A stretch of 64,000 nt of DNA, from positions 15,485-79,484 of the forward strand of contig JAZDIK010000032.1 in NCBI GenBank assembly GCA_043805145.1. The letters run 5' to 3'. The DNA comes from Pseudomonadota bacterium. Its GTDB lineage: Bacteria > Desulfobacterota > Syntrophia > Syntrophales > Fen-1087. The position numbers and the translations under genes are program-made. The notes beneath the pieces are model-generated. The model was not told the DNA's origin. It ran no database searches and saw only the letters and a program-made list of their open reading frames with translations. Below are positions 28,735 through 38,545 of this stretch, one piece after another. Positions within the stretch are counted from its first letter, which is position 1, and each line of letters begins with the position of its first letter.

Positions 28735-29364
28735 CTATGTTAAGATTTGTCCCTTCTGTAATCGATCGGGCGGATTAACGATCCCGCCGGAAATAATCAA
28801 TGTAAAGGCATCCTCCACAGACATCTCCAGTTGGACCACTTCGTCTTCCGGAAAGATGATGAAGTAACCGGACGTGGGATTGGGGGTCGTGGGAACATAG
28901 ACGCTGATGCAGCGCCGGCCGGTCTTCGAATTAATTTCACTGCCCGGCGCGCCGGTCACAAAAGCCACCGTATAGGCGCCTTTGCGCGGAAATTCAACCA
29001 GCACGACTTTTTTGAAGCCTCGGTTTCGGTACAGGACCATACTGTCCACAATTTTCTTGATGGCCATATGGATACTGCGTACAATGGGAATTCCGTCCAG
29101 CAATCTTTCACCATAGAGGACGATCCTGTTGCCGATCATGCTTTTGGTCATGAGGCCGCAGATAAAAATCAGCAGGATTGTGATAATAATGCCCAATCCC
29201 GGAATGTAAACGCCGATCAACGCGGTCGAATGGTACTTCAGGGGAATGAACGCGAGCAACCCGTCCATCATGCCGATGAGAAAAACGAGGATATAGATGG
29301 TCAGGCCAACAGGCACAATCACGGCAAGGCCGGTCAGAAAGATATTTTTCAGATTGAACTGCAA
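28735..29364 (-). CDS. DUF502-family membrane protein
   Basis: 209 aa. Two N-terminal TM segments and the C-terminal block VPTTPNPTSGYFIIFPEDEVVQLEMSVEDAFTLIISGG that I recognise as DUF502. Confidence 0.7.
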   Translation of the reverse strand: MQFNLKNIFLTGLAVIVPVGLTIYILVFLIGMMDGLLAFIPLKYHSTALIGVYIPGLGIIITILLIFICGLMTKSMIGNRIVLYGERLLDGIPIVRSIHMAIKKIVDSMVLYRNRGFKKVVLVEFPRKGAYTVAFVTGAPGSEINSKTGRRCISVYVPTTPNPTSGYFIIFPEDEVVQLEMSVEDAFTLIISGGIVNPPDRLQKGQILT

Positions 29365-29437
29365 AACTGGATATCCTTATCCTTTCCATAATAATAGCAG
29401 GCTATGGATAACAGAAGGCCTGCTATAATTCAACGGA

Positions 29438-29475
29438 TTTAAAAAAGGGGGTATGGCGCTCCTGCGCTTCCCCCC
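29438..29475 (-). terminator. Rho-independent terminator after panD
   Basis: The minus strand reads GGGGGGAAGCGCAGGAGCGCCATACCCCC followed by TTTTTTAAA. Confidence 0.6.
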
Positions 29476-29520
29476 GCGATTGATACATACGAGCCCGGTT
29501 TGAAAAATGGATACCCTGAC

Positions 29521-29880
29521 CTACACACTGACCTTTTTGATCTTGTTTTTCTCATCCACCAGGACGCACTTCGGGAGCCAGTTTCTCGCCTCGGCATCGT
29601 CCGCCATGATATATGTGGCAATGATGATAATGTCACCTCTCGACGCCTTTCTCGCCGCCGCACCGTTCAGGCAGATCACACCGGAGTTGCGCTTCCCCTT
29701 GATGGCATAGGTGGTGAATCTTTCGCCGTTGCTGACATTATAAATCGCCACTTTTTCATAAGGGATGATATCTGCGGCCTTCATGAGATATTCATCAATG
29801 GTGATGCTCCCCTCATAATGAAGATCGGCATCCGTTACCGTTGCCCGGTGAAGTTTTGACTTCAGCATGAATCTTTGCAT
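29521..29880 (-). CDS. panD: Aspartate 1-decarboxylase
   Basis: Start at [16 protein letters not shown]. Self-processing site context [10 protein letters not shown]. Confidence 0.9.
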   Translation of the reverse strand: MQRFMLKSKLHRATVTDADLHYEGSITIDEYLMKAADIIPYEKVAIYNVSNGERFTTYAIKGKRNSGVICLNGAAARKASRGDIIIIATYIMADDAEARNWLPKCVLVDEKNKIKKVSV

Positions 29881-29980
29881 GGCAATGTTCCCTCTTGCTG
29901 TCACTCATTCTGTGTGACGCGCCCCTGAATACTTTTTCTTGCGTCGTTCGCCTCTTTGTCCCTCGGCATCTCTGCCCTAT

Positions 29981-30856
29981 TCAAATCTCCAGCGCGTCGC
30001 CAAAGACATAATTGTCGATGAGCCGGGTCTTGCCGACCCGCACCGCCAGTGCGATGACACACTCCCCGTCCAGGCGTGCAACATCTTTCATGGTCGTGGT
30101 ATCACAGATCTGGACGTAATCGATTTTCGTGAAGGGATGCGACTGGATCTTTTGTTTGACTTCGCCGATGACTTTTGCCGCATCCCTCTCTCCCCGCTCA
30201 TAGCGCTCTTTAGCCATTTTCAGGGAGCGGCTCAGACTCAGGGCCGATTGCCTCTCTTGTGCATGCAGATAAATGTTGCGTGAACTCATGGCCAGGCCGT
30301 CCGGCTCCCTTGTAGTGGCCATGCCGATAACCTCAAGATCCAGATTCAGGTCCTGCACCATGCGTTTGATCGTTACCAGTTGCTGGAAATCCTTTTTCCC
30401 GAAGATGGCAATATGGGGCTTAACGGCATTGAAAAGCTTGGCGCAAACGGTCGCCACGCCCCGGAAATGGCCCGGCCGCAACAGTCCGCAGAGGTGATCG
30501 GTTACGCCCTCGACACTGACATAGGTCTGATAGTGTGGCGGGTACATTTCCTGGTTGGACGGATAATAGATTACATCGACGCCGACGCTCTCGGCCATGG
30601 CCCGGTCCCGTTCAAAGTCCCGGGGATACTGCTCGAAGTCCTCATTGGGACCGAACTGGGTGGGATTGACATAGATGCTGATAACGATGCAGTCGCCGCG
30701 CCTTCGGCCTTCCCTCATGAGATTGAGGTGCCCCTCATGAAAGTATCCCATTGTGGGCACAAAAGTTACGATTTTCCCCTGATTTCTTAGGGATTCTGAA
30801 ATAACCTGCATCTGTTTTGCGGTTTCGATAATCTGCACCGGCCGTCGCCCCGTCAT
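29981..30856 (-). CDS. panC: Pantoate--beta-alanine ligase
   Basis: 291 aa. PTMGYFHEGHLNLM (HIGH-like motif), FGKKDFQQL. Confidence 0.9.
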   Translation of the reverse strand: MTGRRPVQIIETAKQMQVISESLRNQGKIVTFVPTMGYFHEGHLNLMREGRRRGDCIVISIYVNPTQFGPNEDFEQYPRDFERDRAMAESVGVDVIYYPSNQEMYPPHYQTYVSVEGVTDHLCGLLRPGHFRGVATVCAKLFNAVKPHIAIFGKKDFQQLVTIKRMVQDLNLDLEVIGMATTREPDGLAMSSRNIYLHAQERQSALSLSRSLKMAKERYERGERDAAKVIGEVKQKIQSHPFTKIDYVQICDTTTMKDVARLDGECVIALAVRVGKTRLIDNYVFGDALEI

Positions 30857-30861
30857 ATCCG

Positions 30862-30900
30862 AAATAAAAAAAGCCTCCTCGTCCGGAGACGGGAGGCTTT
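30862..30900 (-). terminator. Rho-independent terminator after rsmA
   Basis: The minus strand reads AAAGCCTCCCGTCTCCGGACGAGGAGGCTTT followed by TTTTATTTC. Confidence 0.65.
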
Positions 30901-30992
30901 GTATCTTTTAAGAATCCTTCATTTCACCTTCCGTCTCAGTCCGAAACCGGATCCAAGCGGTCGTTTCCCCGTACCAGAAGGAAACAGGCCTG

Positions 30993-31844
30993 TCAAGCCT
31001 TTTCTTTCGCCACAAAACAGTTGGTCAATAACCCGAATTCCTCCGCAGTCAATGTTTCCGCCCTGCGTGTTCCATCCGTTCCGGAATCCTGCTGGGCCAA
31101 TAACATCGCTTCGGTGGAATAACCCGGCATGTGGGCATGGCGAAGATTGTTCACCAGCGTCTTGCGCCGTTTTGCAAAAGCCAGCCGCACGATTTTGCAG
31201 AATAAAGCCTCATCCTTCAGGTCCATCAGGGGCCTTTGCCGCACGGCCAGTTTCAGAACGGATGAAACCACTTTCGGTTCAGGATAGAAACAACCGGCGG
31301 GAACATTCAACAGGCGTTCCGTCCTGCAGAACATGGCCGTGATAACGGAAGGGATCCCGTAATCCTTCGTCCCCGGTCGTGCAACGATCCTGTCCACGAC
31401 CTCCTTTTGCAGCATCAGAACCATCCGGGAAATGCATCTGCGGAAATCCATCAGGCGAAACAGAATCGGCGAAGAAATATGGTAGGGGAGATTGCCTAAA
31501 ATTTTGAGTTTCTCCGACGAATGCGGCGGCAATGCCGAGGAAAAATCATACCTCAGGACATCCGTTTCAACCACTTCCACATTGTCAAAACACGCAAGGC
31601 GTTCCTTGAGGATTTCGATCATAATCGGATCAATGTCCAAAGCAACAACCCGGCGCGCTTTCACGGCCATCAGGCCCGTCATGATTCCGAGTCCGGCGCC
31701 GATTTCGACAACGGTCTCATCCGTCCGGATATCGGCAAAGTCAATGATCTTGTGTGCAACATTGAGATCCTGAAGGAAAGACTGCCCCAGATGTTTGCGC
31801 GGCCGGATGCCGCGGTTTCTCAATATTCTAATTGGCGTGGTCAT
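30993..31844 (-). CDS. rsmA: 16S rRNA (adenine1518/1519-N6)-dimethyltransferase
   Basis: 283 aa. PRKHLGQSFL N-terminus, SAM motif VVEIGAGLGIMT, GNLPYHISSPILF. Confidence 0.9.
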   Translation of the reverse strand: MTTPIRILRNRGIRPRKHLGQSFLQDLNVAHKIIDFADIRTDETVVEIGAGLGIMTGLMAVKARRVVALDIDPIMIEILKERLACFDNVEVVETDVLRYDFSSALPPHSSEKLKILGNLPYHISSPILFRLMDFRRCISRMVLMLQKEVVDRIVARPGTKDYGIPSVITAMFCRTERLLNVPAGCFYPEPKVVSSVLKLAVRQRPLMDLKDEALFCKIVRLAFAKRRKTLVNNLRHAHMPGYSTEAMLLAQQDSGTDGTRRAETLTAEEFGLLTNCFVAKEKA

Positions 31845-32290
31845 GATTGATGCTTATTACGCATGGCCAGAACCATACTGTAGGTTACAAAATAAGCCGA
31901 TATGGCAAAAAAAGGCGCCGTGACAATGCCTCCCGTCAAAAGCGGCAGCAGGATATGCCACCCAGTCGAAAGGACAGCCTGCATGGAATAGTCCGTCAGC
32001 AAAAGTTGAGCGTGCGTCATCCCCAGCAGATACCGGCCCAGCTCATACTGACTGAAATAAAGAATGGGGATGGTCAGGGGGTTGGAAATCAGCCAGGCCC
32101 CCAGATAGGCTGCCGTCAGATTATGCTTGAAGAGCAACCCGGACAGAAGGATCAGGGCCGTATGAAACGGAATCGTGGGGGTGACCCCAATGAAAACGCC
32201 GATTGCCAGGCCCACGGCGATTGCACGGGGTTCTCCCTTGAGGCTGAGAAAACGGTCATAAAAGTCGTGAAGTCGTTTTTTAATGATCAT
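31841..32290 (-). CDS. DUF2062-family membrane protein
   Basis: 149 aa. GLAIGVFIGVTPTIPFHT...ISNPLTIPILY pattern. 4-nt overlap with rsmA. Confidence 0.65.
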   Translation of the reverse strand: MIIKKRLHDFYDRFLSLKGEPRAIAVGLAIGVFIGVTPTIPFHTALILLSGLLFKHNLTAAYLGAWLISNPLTIPILYFSQYELGRYLLGMTHAQLLLTDYSMQAVLSTGWHILLPLLTGGIVTAPFFAISAYFVTYSMVLAMRNKHQS

Positions 32291-32291
32291 C

Positions 32292-33302
32292 TCAGCTCGT
32301 CTCGGCGTCTAAAGGCCACCGGGAAACGGCATTCATATCCAGAGCGCCCCTCTGCCCCCGCTTCAGAAGATGCGTTCCGGCCACGGCAATCATGGCGGCA
32401 TTATCGGTACATAACACCATGGGGGGGATAAAAATGTCCAGCCCTCGCCTGCCGCCTTCTTCAGAAAATTTTTCCCGCAGCCGGCTGTTGGCCGCCACTC
32501 CCCCGCAAACCACCACGCGCGATACATCCGCTTTCCGTGCGGCAGCGAGGGTCTTTTCCACAAGGACCTCCACAATGGCCTCCTGATACCCGGCCGCAAC
32601 ATGCGGCAATTCCGCGTCTGAAAACGGCCGGCCCTGCTTTTTAAGGACCGTCAGCAGCGATGTTTTAACACCGCTGAAACTGAAGTCCGGGCTGTCCTTC
32701 ATGGCCCTGGGAAAGTTCATGCGGTTCGGATCCCCACCTTTCGCCATCCGGTCGATCGCCACCCCACCGGGATAACCGATATTCAGGAGCTTCGCCGCCT
32801 TATCAAAGGCTTCGCCGGCTGCATCATCCCGTGTCTGTCCTAAAATGGCAAAATCCTGTAAATTTCTGACTAGATAAACATTGGTATGCCCTCCGGAAAC
32901 CACCAGGGCGATAAAGGGAAAGGCCGGCGGCCGCTCCGTAAGAAAGACGGCGGCCACATGGCCTTTCAGGTGATTCACGCCGACAAAGGGAATGCCCCGC
33001 GCAAAGGCAAGGGCCTTGGCCAGGGACAACCCAACGAGCAGAGACCCGACCAGCCCGGGCCCTTGGGTTACGGCAATTCCGTCGATATCGTTCAGTGTTG
33101 CCCCGGCATCCGTCAAAGCCTGGAGAACAACCGGAACGATGGCTTCCATATGCTTCCGGGAGGCGATCTCCGGGACAACACCGCCATATTTGCTGTGCAC
33201 GCCAATTTGGGATGCAATGACATTGGACAGGAGTTGCTCTCCATTTCTCACAACCGCCGCCGCCGTTTCATCGCAGGACGATTCAATGCCCAAAATCAGC
33301 AT
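32292..33302 (-). CDS. tsaD: tRNA N6-adenosine threonylcarbamoyltransferase
   Basis: 336 aa. GIESSCDETAAAV, SRKHMEAI, VSGGHT blocks of the Kae1/TsaD family. Confidence 0.9.
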   Translation of the reverse strand: MLILGIESSCDETAAAVVRNGEQLLSNVIASQIGVHSKYGGVVPEIASRKHMEAIVPVVLQALTDAGATLNDIDGIAVTQGPGLVGSLLVGLSLAKALAFARGIPFVGVNHLKGHVAAVFLTERPPAFPFIALVVSGGHTNVYLVRNLQDFAILGQTRDDAAGEAFDKAAKLLNIGYPGGVAIDRMAKGGDPNRMNFPRAMKDSPDFSFSGVKTSLLTVLKKQGRPFSDAELPHVAAGYQEAIVEVLVEKTLAAARKADVSRVVVCGGVAANSRLREKFSEEGGRRGLDIFIPPMVLCTDNAAMIAVAGTHLLKRGQRGALDMNAVSRWPLDAETS

Positions 33303-33448
33303 AAAAACCCTCGCTTGTGATTTTCTTTTACAAAATAACAGTTTCTATATATAGAAGCAGCCGGTAATTGTAAACTTCCTTTTAAGGGCGACCGGGTGGA
33401 GACACCCATTTTTATGGCATTTTTTTAGGCGGTGAAGGATATCTCCTA

Positions 33449-35095
33449 ATGGAAATAGAAACTGATTTTCTCATTTTAGGCAGCGGCATCGCAGGCTTGA
33501 GTTTTGCCATTAAGGCGGCGGCACTGGGCGAGGTGGCTATTGTAACGAAAAAGGAGAAATTTGAGTCCAATACCAACTACGCCCAGGGGGGGATCGCAGC
33601 GGTCCACGACCGAACGGATTCCTTTGAATCGCATATCAAAGACACGTTGGCATGCGGCGACGGCCTTTGCCATGACGATGTGGTCCGCTTCGTCGTTGCG
33701 GAAGGGCCCGACCGGATTGCAGAGCTTGTCCAGTGGGGAGTAAAATTCACCCGCGCCCTTGGCGGCGACACGTCGGTCTACGATCTCGGACAGGAAGGAG
33801 GACATTCCAAGCGGCGGGTTCTCCATGCCAGGGACCTGACAGGCCGCGAAATCGAACGGGCCCTAATTGACAAAACCGCCGACCGCAAAAACATCAGGAT
33901 TTACGAAAACCATATCGCCATCGACCTGATCATGAAGTCAACGCTGACGGGACGCGCAGGGATGACCCGGGATCAATGCCTGGGCGCATACGTCTTTGAC
34001 ATCCAGCGAAAAGAAGTCCACACCTTCCGCGCGAAGTTTGTGATCCTGTCCACGGGAGGTGCCGGGAAAGTTTATTTGATTACGACGAACCCCGATATCG
34101 CCACCGGCGACGGCATTGCCATGGCCTACCGGGCCGGGGCTAAAATCGCCAACATGGAGTTCATGCAGTTTCATCCCACCTGCCTTTACCACCCGGACGC
34201 CAAATCATTCCTGATCAGCGAGGCGGTCCGGGGAGAGGGCGGCATCCTGAGGCTGAAAAATGGCATGCCCTTCATGGAAAAATATCACCCCATGAAAAGC
34301 CTCGCCCCGCGGGATATCGTGGCCAAGGCCATCGACCGGGAGCTGAAAATGTCCGGGGATGATTATGTCCTGCTCGATATCACCCACAAGAAGAAGGACT
34401 TCATCAGGAATCGCTTCCCTCATATCTACGAACAATGCCTCCAGTACGGGATCGATATGACCGGAACCCCCATCCCTGTTGTTCCTGCCGCACATTACCT
34501 CTGCGGCGGCGTCTCGGTGAACGCCTATGGGGAAACCAATATTGAACGGCTCTTTGCCTGCGGCGAGGTCTCCTGCACAGGTCTGCACGGCGCCAACCGG
34601 TTGGCCAGCAATTCACTGCTGGAGGCGGTGGTCTTTGCCAACCGATCCCTCGTCAGGATTGCAGAAGCGTTCCCCCAGATCAGTAAGGACGCAACGCCTG
34701 TCCCTCCATGGGATCCGCGCGGCGCGACGGAAAGCGACGAGTCGATTGTGGTCTCCCATAACTGGGATGAAATCCGCATGTGTATGTGGAATTACGTGGG
34801 CATTGTCCGGTCCGACAAGAGGCTGGAACGAGCGGCCCGGCGCATCGACATGATTCATCGTGAAATTGACGAATATTACCGGAATTTTATCGTCACGCGG
34901 GACCTTCTGGAGCTGCGTAATATTGCGACGGTGGCGGCGCTGATCATCCACTGCGCCCGGATGCGGAAGGAAAGCCGGGGACTTCATTACAATCTTGATT
35001 ACCCCGAGAAAAACGACGCGGAGTGGCTCAGAGATACCTTAATATTAAAAGACAAGGCGACGCCGCACTGGCTGTCGTCGTCCGTCAGCTTGTAA
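33449..35095 (+). CDS. nadB: L-aspartate oxidase
   Basis: 548 aa. FAD motif [40 protein letters not shown]. Confidence 0.9.
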   Translation: MEIETDFLILGSGIAGLSFAIKAAALGEVAIVTKKEKFESNTNYAQGGIAAVHDRTDSFESHIKDTLACGDGLCHDDVVRFVVAEGPDRIAELVQWGVKFTRALGGDTSVYDLGQEGGHSKRRVLHARDLTGREIERALIDKTADRKNIRIYENHIAIDLIMKSTLTGRAGMTRDQCLGAYVFDIQRKEVHTFRAKFVILSTGGAGKVYLITTNPDIATGDGIAMAYRAGAKIANMEFMQFHPTCLYHPDAKSFLISEAVRGEGGILRLKNGMPFMEKYHPMKSLAPRDIVAKAIDRELKMSGDDYVLLDITHKKKDFIRNRFPHIYEQCLQYGIDMTGTPIPVVPAAHYLCGGVSVNAYGETNIERLFACGEVSCTGLHGANRLASNSLLEAVVFANRSLVRIAEAFPQISKDATPVPPWDPRGATESDESIVVSHNWDEIRMCMWNYVGIVRSDKRLERAARRIDMIHREIDEYYRNFIVTRDLLELRNIATVAALIIHCARMRKESRGLHYNLDYPEKNDAEWLRDTLILKDKATPHWLSSSVSL

Positions 35096-35148
35096 CAGAT
35101 GATTTCCGATAAGCGATACTTTGTGATTCAGGCCATGCGCGAAAATAG

Positions 35149-35769
35149 CTACCATTCCAGCTCCACACTGGCCAGGACACTGGTCATAACAAGTTTAAAG
35201 GGTTTTCCCGAAGAATCGCCCGGGTCGGCGTCAAGACCCGGCAAAGGCTTGAACTTCAGACTGTAGAAACGTCCATAATATTTATTGATATAAGGGAAAA
35301 AGGACTCCATGACGGCCGTGATTCTGTCAATCCGCCGAATCTCGACTGGTTCCAGCCGATTACCCTGACTGTCTACGATAAAAACGCTCCAGACGGAATT
35401 TAGTTTGTCGAAATCATTCGTTTCTTTTTCCGGGGTATAGGCATAGAAAAGAAATTCCGTGAAATCCGATGTCAGGCCCGTCTGCGTCTGTTCCCATTTC
35501 TTTTTTTCATCCGGCGCCAACTCATAGATCCGTCCATATTCCTTCAGGTAAGCCCTGCTGAATGCCTGGCTTTTCAGGGTCGAGGTGATCGAAACCCTTG
35601 TTTCGAACTGGGAGTGAATCGTCTGCGTCCGGGTCCATGTCTTGAGCGCTACCCGGTATTCGCCCGACACCCCCCTGTCTTTTGCCATATCGACGTATCC
35701 CCGAAGATCGGCGCAGCCGGTAAAGCCCAACCACAATATCAATAAGACAACGCGCGCAAAGCTGTTCAT
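35149..35769 (-). CDS. Hypothetical lipoprotein
   Basis: 206 aa. Signal peptide with lipobox LGFTGC. I recognise no family. Its start overlaps the purB stop by 4 nt. Confidence 0.6.
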   Translation of the reverse strand: MNSFARVVLLILWLGFTGCADLRGYVDMAKDRGVSGEYRVALKTWTRTQTIHSQFETRVSITSTLKSQAFSRAYLKEYGRIYELAPDEKKKWEQTQTGLTSDFTEFLFYAYTPEKETNDFDKLNSVWSVFIVDSQGNRLEPVEIRRIDRITAVMESFFPYINKYYGRFYSLKFKPLPGLDADPGDSSGKPFKLVMTSVLASVELEW

Positions 35770-37067
35770 TCGAAATCACCGAATACCCTTTTGAAAATGA
35801 AATCGATATGTCCGAGAAAATTTTCCACTCTGAAAACGGCGTCAAGCTCCCTTTGACTCATGCACGTCATCACGTCCCGGTCTTTCATAAGCAGTCGTTT
35901 GAATTCCTTCCCCGTCTCCCAGGATCGCATTGCATGCCTCTGGACAACGGCATAGGCGGCTTCCCGGGACATTCCTTTTTCAATCAGTTTCAGCAGAACC
36001 ATTTGTGAAAAAACAATGCCGCGGGTCAGGTTTAGGTTGAACAGCATCCTGTCGGGATACACGACCAGTTTCGCAACCAATCCGGTAAAACGACTCAACA
36101 TAAAATCCAGCAGGATCGTCGCATCCGGACCGATAACCCGCTCCACGGAAGAATGGCTGATATCGCGCTCATGCCAGAGAGCCACATCTTCCAGCGCCGC
36201 TATGGCATAGGAGCGCATCAGACGCGCCAGACCGGAAATGTTTTCTGAAAGGACAGGATTGCGCTTATGCGGCATGGCTGAGGAGCCCTTCTGACCGGAC
36301 GAAAAATATTCTTCCGCCTCGCGGACTTCCGTCCGTTGGAGCAATCTGATTTCCTGGGCAAATTTGTCCAGCGATGAGGCAATAATAGCCAGGGTGGAAA
36401 AATATTCGGCATGGCGGTCCCGCTGGACGATCTGGGATGAAACGGGTGCCGGTTTCAACCCCAGCTTCCGGCAGACATATGCCTCCACCACCGGATCGAC
36501 GAAAGAGAACGTTCCGACCGTGCCTGAAATTTTTCCATACGCGATGGTTTCGCGCGCCCGGACGAGGCGCTGGCGATTCCGCACCATTTCCTGATACCAT
36601 AAAGCCATTTTCAGCCCGAAGGTAATGGGTTCGGCGTGAATACCGTGCGACCGGCCGATCATCACGGTATTTTTGTAAGTCATGGCTTTTGCCTTCAGCG
36701 TCTCCAGAAGCTTGTCCATATCTTCTATTAGGATGTCCGTGGCTTCTATCAAGAGAACGGCAAGGGACGTGTCGAGAATGTCGGACGAGGTCAATCCCAT
36801 GTGGATAAAACGCCCGTCCTGACCGACTTTTTCCGTCACGGAAGTCAGAAATGCGATCACATCATGCTTGGTCGTCTTCTCAATCTCATCGATCCGGTCG
36901 ATGTCGAAAGCGGCTTTTCTCTTGATATTCAGGAATGATTTTCTTGGAATGGTCCCCTGTCGGGCCATGGCTTCGCAGGCGAGAATCTCGATATCCAGCC
37001 ATCTTTGGTAGCGGTTTTCCGGACTCCAGACAGCGCTCATGCATTCTCGTGAATATCTTGGAATCAC
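35766..37067 (-). CDS. purB: Adenylosuccinate lyase
   Basis: 433 aa. MIPRYSR N-terminus and fumarate-lyase signature GSSAMPHKRNP. Confidence 0.9.
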   Translation of the reverse strand: MIPRYSRECMSAVWSPENRYQRWLDIEILACEAMARQGTIPRKSFLNIKRKAAFDIDRIDEIEKTTKHDVIAFLTSVTEKVGQDGRFIHMGLTSSDILDTSLAVLLIEATDILIEDMDKLLETLKAKAMTYKNTVMIGRSHGIHAEPITFGLKMALWYQEMVRNRQRLVRARETIAYGKISGTVGTFSFVDPVVEAYVCRKLGLKPAPVSSQIVQRDRHAEYFSTLAIIASSLDKFAQEIRLLQRTEVREAEEYFSSGQKGSSAMPHKRNPVLSENISGLARLMRSYAIAALEDVALWHERDISHSSVERVIGPDATILLDFMLSRFTGLVAKLVVYPDRMLFNLNLTRGIVFSQMVLLKLIEKGMSREAAYAVVQRHAMRSWETGKEFKRLLMKDRDVMTCMSQRELDAVFRVENFLGHIDFIFKRVFGDFE

Positions 37068-37121
37068 TGTTTACTCCTGAAAGAATATCGTTTACTTTGG
37101 CATTTAAAAAATGGACAACGC

Positions 37122-37164
37122 CTGCGTTGATGGGACACGACTTCGTCATGTCCCATCAACGCAG
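37122..37164. repeat. 20-bp-arm inverted repeat (3-nt loop, one mismatch that is G-U on the minus-strand RNA)
   Basis: CTGCGTTGATGGGACACGAC-ttc-GTCATGTCCCATCAACGCAG. The core GGGACA(C/T)GAC-NNN-GTCATGTCCC is shared with 19595-19633. On the minus strand a T6 run follows about 10 nt later. Confidence 0.85.
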
Positions 37165-37306
37165 ATATAATCATGATTCATGACAAATCATTAACGTGTA
37201 ATCTCTGAAAAGGCGCAAAATATTTGATTCGCCGTTTCAAGAACCATGTTTCAGCGGTTATGCAAGGCTCTCTTGCTGCGAAATATTCGATCCGGGCGCC
37301 CCCCGG

Positions 37307-37957
37307 TTATTTTTTCGGATAACCCACCGATTGCGCGAGGATGATCTTCTGTTCCGGTCCGAGCTTCATGGCATCAGTCAGCACAACCCGGTCGATGCCT
37401 CCACGGACAACCGTCGCCAATCCCTCCGATGCGCAGTAAAGATAAACATTCTGGCTGATGAAACCCGTATCGGCGGCTGCGTAAAAGTCCCGGTCCTGAG
37501 CCGGTGTCAGAAACATTCTCGTGAAATCGGCAACAAAGATGAGATTGATCGGCGCGTCTTGAACATAAGCCTGGCCGCCTGTCAGGGCCCGGATATCCTG
37601 CTTCAGAACGGGCCGCAACTGACGCCCTTCGGCATCGAACAGATACAATCCTTCCGCGGTGGCCACGTAAATATCAATTTCATGCTGGTTCATGGCGGAA
37701 GGCGCCGTACGTCCTCCGGATGCCGACCGGTTGATGCCGTTGGCCGCCCAGAGAAGATTCGAAAGGACCCTCTTTGGCAACTTTCTAGGACTGAAGGCGC
37801 GGGATGATTTCCTTTCTTTCAGGACATGCACCAAAGGCCGACCCGTATCCATCTGAAACTGCATCAGCGGAATGGGCTTCAGATCCTGCGCCGCAGTTGC
37901 GCCTGGACCTGCCAGCAAAAACATCGGCATCAAAATAAATAATATTTTTGCCTTCAT
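37307..37957 (-). CDS. Nitroreductase-fold (SagB-type dehydrogenase-like) protein with N-terminal signal peptide
   Basis: Start taken at MKAKILFILMPMFLLAGPGATAAQD. The core ERKSSRAF...LLWAANGINR...GRTAPSA is typical of the nitroreductase superfamily. Confidence 0.6.
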   Translation of the reverse strand: MKAKILFILMPMFLLAGPGATAAQDLKPIPLMQFQMDTGRPLVHVLKERKSSRAFSPRKLPKRVLSNLLWAANGINRSASGGRTAPSAMNQHEIDIYVATAEGLYLFDAEGRQLRPVLKQDIRALTGGQAYVQDAPINLIFVADFTRMFLTPAQDRDFYAAADTGFISQNVYLYCASEGLATVVRGGIDRVVLTDAMKLGPEQKIILAQSVGYPKK

Positions 37958-37976
37958 GACGCTCTCTTCCCCGGGC

Positions 37977-38354
37977 TTATTTCTTTTCGTCTTGTTCCGG
38001 TTCACTTTCGCGAATCACCGTTGCCTTGGAATCGAGAACTTCCTTACTCTTCAGGTTGTAATATTGAGCCATATCATAATTGCCGATGGAGTAATAGGCT
38101 TTGCTGCAATTGACATAAGCATCCGTATAGACAGGCTCCATCATGATGGCCTTCTTATACTCCTCGATGGCTTTCTGATACTGGCCTTGCTGGGCGAAAG
38201 CGAGTCCGTTGGCGTTGTGATTTTTTGCCTCGATGCTGATTTCCGATTTCATGCCGGTAGTGATAGTCGGCTGAACCGGCTTGTTGCAGGCTGCCATACC
38301 GAGTAAAGTGAACATAAAAAATAAAACAACGATCTGCCCGCTATGCCTTTTCAT
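37977..38354 (-). CDS. TPR-repeat lipoprotein
   Basis: Start at MKRHSGQ after the AGGGGAGGAG RBS. Lipobox LLGMAAC. TPR-like LAFAQQGQYQKAIEEYKKAIMMEP...AYYSIGNYDMA. Confidence 0.6.
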   Translation of the reverse strand: MKRHSGQIVVLFFMFTLLGMAACNKPVQPTITTGMKSEISIEAKNHNANGLAFAQQGQYQKAIEEYKKAIMMEPVYTDAYVNCSKAYYSIGNYDMAQYYNLKSKEVLDSKATVIRESEPEQDEKK

Positions 38355-38545
38355 CGTCCTTTCTCCTCCCCTGATATTTTTACTTCTTGTATTCCTAACA
38401 CATTTTTTAACCCTAATACAACATGAATGACATTTTCTTGCAGATGATTTCTCCGGAATTTTGGTTTTTTCTGTTACCATCTTAAATGATTGACATTTAT
38501 TTTGAAATGGCATTATGCTTACAAAAAAGAATAAGGTCGCATGAT

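Noticed and set aside
29365-29520. The region was searched for an SAH riboswitch or other leader upstream of the DUF502-ahcY operon.
   Set aside because: The only strong structure (29438-29475) is followed by a T-run on the minus strand directly after panD. It is best explained as the panCD terminator. I saw no SAH-riboswitch-like conserved core.
33303-33448. A small hairpin GGGTG-gaga-CACCC plus T-run upstream of nadB, considered as an NAD-responsive attenuator.
   Set aside because: The stem is only 5 bp. I recognised no NAD-riboswitch consensus, so the evidence is too weak to report as a feature.
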